The notes beneath the pieces are model-generated. The model was not told the origin of the DNA. It made no database searches and saw only the letters and a list, made by a program, of their open reading frames with translations. A DNA stretch of 64,000 bases from Candidatus Doudnabacteria bacterium (GTDB lineage Bacteria; Patescibacteriota; Doudnabacteria; UBA920). Below, piece after piece: positions 1 to 8,418 of the stretch. Where the stretch lies: contig JACRDK010000010.1 of the NCBI GenBank assembly GCA_016218585.1, positions 68,974 to 132,973 of the forward strand. The letters are read 5' to 3'. Positions within the stretch are counted from its first letter, which is position 1; every line of letters begins with the position of its first letter. The translations under genes were made by a program, and so were the position numbers.

Positions 1-2
1 CT

Positions 3-1814
3 TTGCCGGCAACCGCTTCTTACAGGAAGACCTGGTGGGATTATTTTATTAAGTACGCTTTCTTTACTCCTATAATGGCATTCTTTTTAAACCTTACCGC
101 GGTAATTGCAAATACATATAAAACTAATCCGGTACTGCAGAGTATTAACGACGGCACTTTAACGCAAAATTTGGGCGGGTCTGATATTGCCGGTTTTGTT
201 TTTAAAGTCGCAAGTAATATATTGTTATTAATATTTTTATTTGCTTCATTAATGGTTGCCGAAAAGTTTGGTGTTATGGGCGCAGGCGCAGTAACAGGAA
301 TAGCGAAGAAAGGAATTTTTGCTCCGTTTGGCGCTATTGATGCTGGTGCAAAAACTGGGGCAAGTATGTTTGGCAGGGCTTACGCCAGATACACAACTGG
401 GAAAGCAAAAGAGGCTGAGGCGGGAGACAGAAATAAAACTGCGTTTATGTGGAAAGCTGCTGGATTATTAAACCCCAAAGTAGCAAAAAAAGCTTGGGAA
501 GAGCGACAGCATGATAAGGAATTGGAATCTTATAGTGAAGCGATGGGCTTGGCCAGGGATACCTTGAATAGATACATGCCAACAGAATGGAATAATTCTC
601 ACGGTAAATTTAACCTTGGTCAAAAAACCTATTACGGCAAGATTGGCCATGAAAATATGATTGCTCATAAGAGATCGGAATGGGAGAAGGCAAATTTGAC
701 TATGCCAGAAAAAGTTGCTGCTTTTGAAGGGGCCCACCATAAGGAGGAGGTTGAGGCTTTGATGTATATTATGACAGATGGAAGGCACGAGGACGACTGG
801 ATGATGGAAGTGAAGAAGGCAGAACTACCGGAAATCAAAGCGCAGATTAAAAAGAATTTAATGGCACAAGGAAAATCAGAGGCAGAAGCAGAAAAACTCG
901 CTCAAGACAGAGCGGATGTTTATTTTGATAAGGTTGAGTATGGTGATTTGTTGTACGAAAAATTGGTTCATGGCGGTGCTTCCCACGAAGATGCTGTCAG
1001 AGCAATTTCTCACTTACAGGAGTATGCGGAAGGCCAAAGTAAAGGTAGAAACTATGGTATGACAGTAGAAGATCCTGATGGGGCTGTTCGCTTGGCGTCC
1101 GACCAGTCTATGTATAAACAAATGGACAATAAACAAATGTTGAACAGTTTAAATGATTTGGGCATTTTTGAATCTACCAAGGACGCAGATGGAAATGTAA
1201 CAGAGTTAAAATTTGTAATGAAAGACAAGGAGACTGGAAGTGTTCTTGGAACCGAAACAATAAAAAATTATTCTGATTTTGAGAGCGCAAAAGCCAGAAC
1301 TAAAGAAAAGTATGGCAACTACTATGACCATGCTTACAAAATTGCGGACTTAGAGTATGCCGTTACCGGAGCAAGGTCCTGGAGATATGATGGAAGAACT
1401 AGACAAAATAGAGGGACAGTGGAAAATCATATGAAAGGCAGAGAAAGAGGAGAGGTTGCGGTGCTTACAGGAAAAAGAGGCGCAATAGGTTCAACATCCT
1501 ATGGTAACAGAGCTACTGTAGAATTGACTGACTTGTCCACAACGGTTATTGGTAAATTGCGCAATTTACAGCCGCGTGCTTTGGAGGAAATTGGTGTTAA
1601 AAAGGATGCCCAAGGCAATTCATATATAGATTATAAACAATTTGCCATAAAATGGGCTGAAAATTCTAAGTTAGTTAGGCAATATATTACACAAGCCGGT
1701 TTAGGCGATGAAGAGAAACAAAAAATCTGCGACGAAATCAACTCGAAGTATAAAGGTACTGCTGGTATCACATTGGATATGAAGAAAGAGGATTTAGCAG
1801 TTCCAAAAGTTTAA
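3..1814 (+). CDS. VirB6/TrbL-like polytopic membrane protein with long soluble C-terminal tail (5' partial)
   Basis: N-terminal 'WW.YFIKYAFFTPIMAFFL' and further TM helices followed by a Gly/Ala-rich segment; lies upstream of PrgI/VirB4. Confidence 0.55.
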   Translation: MPATASYRKTWWDYFIKYAFFTPIMAFFLNLTAVIANTYKTNPVLQSINDGTLTQNLGGSDIAGFVFKVASNILLLIFLFASLMVAEKFGVMGAGAVTGIAKKGIFAPFGAIDAGAKTGASMFGRAYARYTTGKAKEAEAGDRNKTAFMWKAAGLLNPKVAKKAWEERQHDKELESYSEAMGLARDTLNRYMPTEWNNSHGKFNLGQKTYYGKIGHENMIAHKRSEWEKANLTMPEKVAAFEGAHHKEEVEALMYIMTDGRHEDDWMMEVKKAELPEIKAQIKKNLMAQGKSEAEAEKLAQDRADVYFDKVEYGDLLYEKLVHGGASHEDAVRAISHLQEYAEGQSKGRNYGMTVEDPDGAVRLASDQSMYKQMDNKQMLNSLNDLGIFESTKDADGNVTELKFVMKDKETGSVLGTETIKNYSDFESAKARTKEKYGNYYDHAYKIADLEYAVTGARSWRYDGRTRQNRGTVENHMKGRERGEVAVLTGKRGAIGSTSYGNRATVELTDLSTTVIGKLRNLQPRALEEIGVKKDAQGNSYIDYKQFAIKWAENSKLVRQYITQAGLGDEEKQKICDEINSKYKGTAGITLDMKKEDLAVPKV

Positions 1815-1823
1815 TTATTTTTT

Positions 1824-3002
1824 ATGAAAATAATAAGCATAACTGAAGAAAACTTTAGCCAAATAGATTCGCAGGAGTTGCTTAACCCGGCGAGGTATGT
1901 TGAAGTTGAAAATTTGGTTTTAGCCGTAGGCTGGGAAGGTTATCCGCAAGCTGTTAATCTTGCTTCAATTCTGGTTGACCGGTTGTCAGTGGTTGCGGAA
2001 AAAATGCCAAAAGAATTATTTGCTAAATATCTTTTTTTGCTAAGGGTTTTAAAGCTCTTTGGTCTTCGGGCGCTTACAGACAAGGAAAAACAGAAATTTT
2101 TTAGCGAGGGTATTTTAGACGTATTTAAATCAGACCTTGTTAATGTTCATGAACAAGTCGATTACACCCTCAAAGCCTATGCATACGCGCCTGACATATT
2201 AAAGAGCCTGCGTGACTCCTTAATTACAGGGTTGGAAAAAAATAGCGAAATTTTAGGTAAAAAAAATATTAAAGTTACATTTAATGGTGAGGATAGGCTA
2301 GTAAACCCAATGGTTCAAAATTGGTTAGCGGACTATAATTCTTTATTTCACACTTCTTCCCAAATAAAAAAAAGAGGGGGCTACGAACAAATTAATTATA
2401 TTACTGGTTCTTCAAATGCGAGGTTGTTAGAGAAACAAGATTCTGCTGTTTTGTTAAAGTTAATTCAATTTTATGATTGGCTTAAATTTGACCCACTGTT
2501 GTATAACTTTAGAGAGCAAGGGTCGCCTTTGTGGGAAGAAGAAATAATAAATGTAGAAAAACCGGAAAAATTTATTCCAGATGATTTAGCTTCCATTATT
2601 GAAAATATAAGATCTTCAGATTCTTCAAATGGTAATGGTCCGGAAAAAAGTTATATCAGCACAGAAAAGTTAGAATTGCCGGAGGAGTTCCAGAAACAAG
2701 ACAGTGTTGTTAAAACGCCGCCAGTTACGCCAACTCCGCCGAATGTGCCAAAGTTAAAGCCGATGGAGGAAATAAGCAATTTGGCATCCAAGCCTTTGAC
2801 TACTTCCAGGCCGCTTGTCGGCGGGTATAAGGCCGCTGCAGCAAAAGGGGTAAGCGCCCGCGGAATTTTAAGCCAGTCAGATGACGGCGACAAGGGCTTA
2901 AAGATGAGTTGGCAAAATCCGGAACCGGATATTCAAGCCAAGCAGCAGGAAATAGACAAAAAGTTAGAAGATTTGGAAAAAAGAACCAAGGGCAGCAAAT
3001 AA
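1824..3002 (+). CDS. hypothetical protein of T4SS-like cluster
   Basis: 392 aa ORF, co-oriented, 'NWLADY' motif, Pro-rich tail. Confidence 0.7.
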   Translation: MKIISITEENFSQIDSQELLNPARYVEVENLVLAVGWEGYPQAVNLASILVDRLSVVAEKMPKELFAKYLFLLRVLKLFGLRALTDKEKQKFFSEGILDVFKSDLVNVHEQVDYTLKAYAYAPDILKSLRDSLITGLEKNSEILGKKNIKVTFNGEDRLVNPMVQNWLADYNSLFHTSSQIKKRGGYEQINYITGSSNARLLEKQDSAVLLKLIQFYDWLKFDPLLYNFREQGSPLWEEEIINVEKPEKFIPDDLASIIENIRSSDSSNGNGPEKSYISTEKLELPEEFQKQDSVVKTPPVTPTPPNVPKLKPMEEISNLASKPLTTSRPLVGGYKAAAAKGVSARGILSQSDDGDKGLKMSWQNPEPDIQAKQQEIDKKLEDLEKRTKGSK

Positions 3003-3032
3003 AATTTGTAGTTTCGCATTATACATATAATT

Positions 3033-4325
3033 ATGCAGGCTGAAAAACTTGAAAATTTGAAAAGTCTAATATCGTCGTCGCCAATATTGCTGCCTCAGGA
3101 GCGGACAGAGTGGCTGACGCTTTTGGGTTTGATGAACGACAAACAGTTAAATGAGCTGGAAAAGATTCTCCAGTCTGGAATTAAGAATCAAGAATTAAGA
3201 ATTAAGGAAGAAACACAAACCACCTCAAGCCAAAAATCTGCAAGTCAGGTTGCGTCTTTTCAACCGGCGATTTTAAAATCCGAAGCTCCCAAGCAGGTTC
3301 CGAATTTGAGCCATATAATGAACTTGCCAAAAACTTTTGACGGCAAGCCCGCGGCTTTAAAAATTCCCCAAAACCAGACAAGTGGCTTTAATTTTAAACC
3401 ATATGGCGTAAGCTTAGACAAACCGGCAATAAAAGCAGCCCCGGCGGTCTCTTCAGTCGACCAGAAAGCAAAATCCGGATTTGCGTCGAAGTTAAAATCT
3501 ATTTTTACAGAAAAAGAATTAACCACCAGTCAGCCCAAGTATGAGTTAAAGCTTCCGCCTCCGGAGGTGCCAAAACCAAAGCCGAAAGTTGTAGCGCAAC
3601 CGACTGCGGAAGCAAAGCCGGTGGTTCAGCCAAAACCTTCAGCAATTCCTGCAGTTCAACAAAAATCTGTTGTAACGCCTTTGGCTCAGCCAAAGCCGAT
3701 TACCGAAAAAAAGACGGAGATGGCGCCGGTTCAAACCCCTCAGGTAAAGCCGGAATTAAAGAAAGAGCTGGAAAAAATTGTCCCAACTGTCCCGCAGTCA
3801 GTGGAATCTATTTTAGCCAGCTTAAAAAAGCCGGCCGAGACCCCAATTTTCAATAAAGCGGAACACCAGGCTCCGGTCCAACAACAGCCACGCCCTGCAC
3901 GCCAGACCTCGGGTTTAAATTTTGGCCACGCTTCGGAAAAAATCAGGCAGGATACCCTGGCTTCGGTTAAACAGCATTTGGAAGAAACCGGCAGATCACA
4001 AAACGTTCCTATATTCCAAAAAGTATTGCCTAAAAATTGGGATATAAAATCTCTGGAAGACTTAAAAGCTATGGACGCGCTTATTCTTACCGCTGATTTG
4101 TCGACAGTTGCAAAAAAAATTAAAAAACTTTATAGCAGCCACGATTTTCATGATGTAATATTTAGCCTGGAAAATAGCGAACTCTATAAGAATTATTTAA
4201 AAACCGGCACAGAAATACTCACTAAACAAACCGACTTTGAAAATTTAAACCCCGCATCGGGTTTTTTGGACAGAAGCCAATTTGAGAAATTTACCGATCT
4301 GCTTAGGGAAATTCAAGGAGAATAG
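3033..4325 (+). CDS. hypothetical protein with Pro/Lys/Gln-rich disordered centre
   Basis: 430 aa ORF in operon; ordered N- and C-terminal ends. Confidence 0.7.
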   Translation: MQAEKLENLKSLISSSPILLPQERTEWLTLLGLMNDKQLNELEKILQSGIKNQELRIKEETQTTSSQKSASQVASFQPAILKSEAPKQVPNLSHIMNLPKTFDGKPAALKIPQNQTSGFNFKPYGVSLDKPAIKAAPAVSSVDQKAKSGFASKLKSIFTEKELTTSQPKYELKLPPPEVPKPKPKVVAQPTAEAKPVVQPKPSAIPAVQQKSVVTPLAQPKPITEKKTEMAPVQTPQVKPELKKELEKIVPTVPQSVESILASLKKPAETPIFNKAEHQAPVQQQPRPARQTSGLNFGHASEKIRQDTLASVKQHLEETGRSQNVPIFQKVLPKNWDIKSLEDLKAMDALILTADLSTVAKKIKKLYSSHDFHDVIFSLENSELYKNYLKTGTEILTKQTDFENLNPASGFLDRSQFEKFTDLLREIQGE

Positions 4326-4364
4326 GGACAAGTATATAGCATTTAGCATATAGAATTTAGAACA

Positions 4365-4736
4365 GTGGAAAACCATACTAAAATCCAAAATTTTACAGAT
4401 CTTATAGTTTGGCAGAAGTCACATGCTTTAGTTTTGGATGTTTATAAGCTGACTAAAAAATTTCCAAAAGATGAGTTATTTGGTTTGGTTTCTCAATTAC
4501 GTAGAGCTGCTGTGTCAATAACCTCAAATATTGCTGAAGGTTTTGGGAGGTTTTCCGAGAAGGAGAAGCTTCATTTTTATTCTTTCTCATATGGGTCACT
4601 TTTAGAAGTTAATAATCAAATATTAGTTGCAAAAGATCTTGGTTATATGAGTGAAGAAGAAAAACAAAAAGTAGTTATGCTGTCCATAGAAGTTGGCAAA
4701 ATGCTCCAAACGTTAATGGCAAGAATTAAATGCTAA
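4365..4736 (+). CDS. four helix bundle protein (23S rRNA IVS-encoded/Avd-like family)
   Basis: Motifs F.DL.VWQKS, FPK.E.FGL.SQLRRAAVSI.SNIAEG, GSL.EV. Confidence 0.92.
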   Translation: MENHTKIQNFTDLIVWQKSHALVLDVYKLTKKFPKDELFGLVSQLRRAAVSITSNIAEGFGRFSEKEKLHFYSFSYGSLLEVNNQILVAKDLGYMSEEEKQKVVMLSIEVGKMLQTLMARIKC

Positions 4737-4789
4737 GTATTTATAGAGCTAAATGCTAAATTCTATCTACTATATGCTATAATTTAGAT

Positions 4790-5248
4790 ATGCAATTCCC
4801 AGTACCACAATTTACCGACGTTGAAGATAAAATTATTGGACCGCTTACAATAAAGCAGTTTGGAATTTTGTTTGGCTTAGGAGTGGTTTTGTTTTTGGGA
4901 TATTCAGCCACTAAAAGCATAATAGTTCTGATATTTCTGTTTTTAATTCTAGGAATTCCCGGACTATCCCTTGCTTTTGCGAAAATTAATGGGCGCCCTG
5001 TTTACAATAGCATTGGATATTTTGTTAAATTTTTCTTGAGTCCTAAAGTGATGGTCTTTCATAAAGAAGCTGTTTCTTTAAGGTCAGACGCAGAAGTAAA
5101 AGACGCAAATTTGAAATCCGACACGGTAACTAAGCAGTCGGACAAAGAAGATACTCAAGACAATCTCCGCAAGGTGCAGCAATTGTTAAGGCAGACCCAG
5201 GACCAGGAAGAAGAAATGGTTAGGGCAAGAAGCAAGAGTCAGGAATAA
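4790..5248 (+). CDS. PrgI family protein (VirB3-like)
   Basis: MQFPVPQF.DVEDKIIGPLT.KQF signature, two TM helices. Confidence 0.9.
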   Translation: MQFPVPQFTDVEDKIIGPLTIKQFGILFGLGVVLFLGYSATKSIIVLIFLFLILGIPGLSLAFAKINGRPVYNSIGYFVKFFLSPKVMVFHKEAVSLRSDAEVKDANLKSDTVTKQSDKEDTQDNLRKVQQLLRQTQDQEEEMVRARSKSQE

Positions 5249-5343
5249 TGAATCAAGGCACATGCAGAGATAGCTTAACAAGTTCTTATAAAGATTTATT
5301 TAGAAAGTGGTTACCCGAATTAATAAAAAGTTTCAAAACATAA
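5248..5343 (+). pseudogene. internally deleted four-helix-bundle remnant (31-aa mini-ORF)
   Basis: MNQGTCRDSLTSSYKDLFRKWLPELIKSFKT* matches both ends of ORF 6075-6470 (MNQ..SFMDL.W ... LIKSSKT); followed by the same 27-nt right arm. Confidence 0.7.
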
Positions 5344-5369
5344 TTCTTAATTCTTGATTCGTAATTCTA

Positions 5370-6056
5370 ATGCGTTTAGAAATGCAAAACAAAAAAGGGG
5401 CGGTTGGCAAGCCGACACAAAGTTTTTTAAAGATATCGGAAATAAAAAACGATACTGTTGTTTTAGAGGACGGCAGCATGCGAGCTATTGTTGCGGTTTC
5501 CAGCACGAACTTTGATTTAAAAAGCCAGGACGAACAAAATTCTATTATTTTTAACTTTCAGAGATTTTTAAATTCCCTGGATTTTTCCATTCAGATTTTA
5601 ATGCAGAGCAGGAAAATGGAAATTGGCGATTATTTGGAAAAGCTTAAGCGTCTGGCGGAAAAACAGACAAACGAGCTGCTAAGAGTGCAGACTGCGGAAT
5701 ACACAGAGTTTATTAGCCGTCTTATTGAAAATGCCAGCATTATGAATAAGAATTTTTATATTATAGTTCCTTTGGGGGACAGCATTCTTCCTTCGCCCGC
5801 CGGATTTTTTAGCAAGCTTTTGGGCAATGGTAAGACCAGGGAAATTGAGGAAAAGATTCAAAATTTTGAAAGGGCCAAAGAAAAACTGGACGGGCGCGTT
5901 ACCTCGCTTATGGCAAATCTTTCCGGAATTGGGATTAGGGGTGTTAAGCTTAAAACAGAGGAAATAATTCAGCTTTACTATAATTCGTACAATTTTGGCG
6001 CCGGCCCGCTAATAGATCCTACTCAACTGGAAGAAATTAAAATCACCAAGAGTTAG
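5370..6056 (+). CDS. VirB4/TraC N-terminal-like accessory protein
   Basis: TQ.FL.I.EI...TVVL.DG..RA..VSS.NF.LKS.DEQ; position between PrgI and VirB4; start may be 5382. Confidence 0.75.
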   Translation: MRLEMQNKKGAVGKPTQSFLKISEIKNDTVVLEDGSMRAIVAVSSTNFDLKSQDEQNSIIFNFQRFLNSLDFSIQILMQSRKMEIGDYLEKLKRLAEKQTNELLRVQTAEYTEFISRLIENASIMNKNFYIIVPLGDSILPSPAGFFSKLLGNGKTREIEEKIQNFERAKEKLDGRVTSLMANLSGIGIRGVKLKTEEIIQLYYNSYNFGAGPLIDPTQLEEIKITKS

Positions 6057-6074
6057 AATCAAGAATTTTGAATT

Positions 6075-6470
6075 ATGAATCAAGCAGAAAACAAAGGCAA
6101 AATAAAGTCTTTTATGGACCTGATTGCTTGGAAAGAAGCCCATCAATTAGTATTGATAATATATGATGTTACAAAAGGTTTTCCCAAAGAAGAAATATTC
6201 GGTTTAGTTATGCAATTAAGAAGAGCTGTAGTTTCAATAACATCCAATATAGCAGAAGGTTTTAGTAGGCAGTCGTATAAAGATAAGATTCATTTTTATA
6301 GTATGGCTTTAGGCTCTCTTACAGAAGTTCAAAATCAAATTTTAGTTTCAAAAGATATTAAATATTTAGCTATAGAAGAGTTTAACAAATTAGTGGACCG
6401 GACCGTAATTGTTAGTAAGTTATTAAATGGCTTAATAAAAAGCTCTAAAACCCTAATTCTTAATTCTTGA
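6075..6470 (+). CDS. four helix bundle protein (IVS/Avd-like family)
   Basis: SF.DL.AWKEAH, FPKEE.FGL..QLRRA.VSI.SNIAEGF motifs. Confidence 0.92.
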   Translation: MNQAENKGKIKSFMDLIAWKEAHQLVLIIYDVTKGFPKEEIFGLVMQLRRAVVSITSNIAEGFSRQSYKDKIHFYSMALGSLTEVQNQILVSKDIKYLAIEEFNKLVDRTVIVSKLLNGLIKSSKTLILNS

Positions 6471-6484
6471 TTCGTAATTCAAAT

Positions 6485-8332
6485 ATGAGCATTTTTGGAA
6501 AAATTTCAGAGATAGAGCTTCAAGAAAAAAAGCAGTTGCTTGAAGAAAAGGAAGCTGAAAGCAGCACTCGCGCCAGCTTGCGGGATTTAGACGTGACTTA
6601 CCGGGAAGGCCTTACCACATTAAGGGACCTTATTGCCCCTTCGTCTCTAAAGTTTGAAAGTTCTTATTTTGAGCTAAACGGCAAATTAGGCCGAAGCTTT
6701 TTTGTGCTGGCATACCCAAGGTTCCTTTCTACCAACTGGCTGTCATTTATTATTCAGGCTGAAGGCGCGCTGGATTTGTCTATGTTTATTTATCCGATTG
6801 ACTCCGCGGAAATATTAAAGAAGCTTAAGTCAAAGGTGGGGGAAATTGGCTCGCAAATGTCCATTAACCAGGAAAAAGGCATGGTGCGCGACCCAATGCT
6901 TGAAACTGCTTATAAAGATGTGGAAAGTTTGCGCGACAATTTAATGCAGGGAACGGAAAAATATTTTCGATTTGCTTTGTACTTTACCATCTATGCTGAT
7001 GACCTAAAAGAACTGGAAAAGTTTTCAACTACTTTAGAAAGCTCGCTTGGCTCAAAACTTATTGTTACCAAGCGCGCGCTGCTGCAAACCCAAAATGGTT
7101 TAAATTCAACTTTACCTTTGGGAACCGACGAGTTGGATGTGGCTAATAATATGAACACCAGCCCGTTGTCGTCCTGTTTTCCTTTTGTTTCGTCTGATTT
7201 AACCAGTAATGACGGAATTTTATATGGGATTAACCGCCACAATAACAGTTTAATTTTATTTGACCGGTTTGCCATGGAAAATGCTAACGCCGTGGTATTT
7301 GCCAAGTCCGGCGCGGGAAAATCTTATGCGGTAAAACTTGAAGTTTTGCGCAGTTTGATGGTCGGCACGGAAGTTATTATTGTTGACCCGGAAAACGAAT
7401 ATCAACATTTGGCTGCGGCGGTTGGCGGCACTTATTTGAGCGTCTCCTTAAACTCAGCTTCCAGAATTAATCCGTTTGATTTGCCGGCTGCTATTGAGGG
7501 AGAAGACAACGGCGACGTGCTAAGAAGCGCGGTTATTAATTTGCTGGGTCTTTTCAGTTTAATGATAGGAAAACTTAATCCGACCGAAGAAGCTTTAATG
7601 GACAAGGCTATTTGGCAAACTTATGCCAAAAAAGATATTACCCCGAATTTAACCGATTTTCACGGCGTGGAATATCCGACTATGAACGATTTGGTGGAAA
7701 TTTTAAACAGCATGGTTGGCGCCGAAAGCTTGGCGCAGCGTTTAGAAAAGTATACCCAGGGAACTTTTGGAGGGCTTTTAAACCAGCAAACCAATGTTGT
7801 GTTAAATAACCAACTGGTTGTTTTTTCCATTCGTGATTTGGAAGAAGAGCTCAGGCCAATTGCAATGTACATAATTTTGAACTTTATTTGGAATATTGTG
7901 CGTTCGGAATTAAAAAAGAGAATTCTTGCGGTAGACGAGGCTTGGATTTTAATGCAGCACGAAGATAGCGCCAGGTTTTTGTTCGGCATTGCCAAACGCG
8001 CCCGCAAGTACTATTTAGGCCTTACCACAATTACCCAGGACGTGGCCGACTTTTTAGCCAGCCCTTATGGCAAGCCAATTGTGACTAACTCATCTATCCA
8101 GCTGTTGCTTAAACAAAGCCCGGCAGCTATAAATATTATTGCCGAAACTTTCTTTTTAACCGAAGGGGAGAAGTATTTATTGCTGGAAAGCGAAGTTGGA
8201 GAAGGAATTTTCTTTGCCGGGTTAAAGCACGCGGCAATAAAAATTTATGCTTCTTACGTGGAAGACCAAATTATTACTACAGACCCGAAGCAGCTTTTGG
8301 AAATTCAAGAGAGCCAGGACAAACTTAGTTAA
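6485..8332 (+). CDS. virB4: VirB4/TraC-like type IV secretion ATPase
   Basis: Walker A AKSGAGKS, DPENEY, RINPFD, Walker B ILAVDEAW, RKY, ITQ; ATG at 6485 preferred because upstream codons are repeat arm. Confidence 0.88.
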   Translation: MSIFGKISEIELQEKKQLLEEKEAESSTRASLRDLDVTYREGLTTLRDLIAPSSLKFESSYFELNGKLGRSFFVLAYPRFLSTNWLSFIIQAEGALDLSMFIYPIDSAEILKKLKSKVGEIGSQMSINQEKGMVRDPMLETAYKDVESLRDNLMQGTEKYFRFALYFTIYADDLKELEKFSTTLESSLGSKLIVTKRALLQTQNGLNSTLPLGTDELDVANNMNTSPLSSCFPFVSSDLTSNDGILYGINRHNNSLILFDRFAMENANAVVFAKSGAGKSYAVKLEVLRSLMVGTEVIIVDPENEYQHLAAAVGGTYLSVSLNSASRINPFDLPAAIEGEDNGDVLRSAVINLLGLFSLMIGKLNPTEEALMDKAIWQTYAKKDITPNLTDFHGVEYPTMNDLVEILNSMVGAESLAQRLEKYTQGTFGGLLNQQTNVVLNNQLVVFSIRDLEEELRPIAMYIILNFIWNIVRSELKKRILAVDEAWILMQHEDSARFLFGIAKRARKYYLGLTTITQDVADFLASPYGKPIVTNSSIQLLLKQSPAAINIIAETFFLTEGEKYLLLESEVGEGIFFAGLKHAAIKIYASYVEDQIITTDPKQLLEIQESQDKLS

Positions 8333-8418
8333 ATTTCCAATTTCCAATATCCAATTTCCAAATTTCAAACAGAATTCTTTTGGAAATTAGTCATTAGGAA
8401 TTGGAAATTTTTAATAAT

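Noticed and set aside
4365-6470. Diversity-generating retroelement suggested by Avd-like genes
   Set aside because: No reverse transcriptase and no TR/VR pair with adenine-specific mismatches in the window
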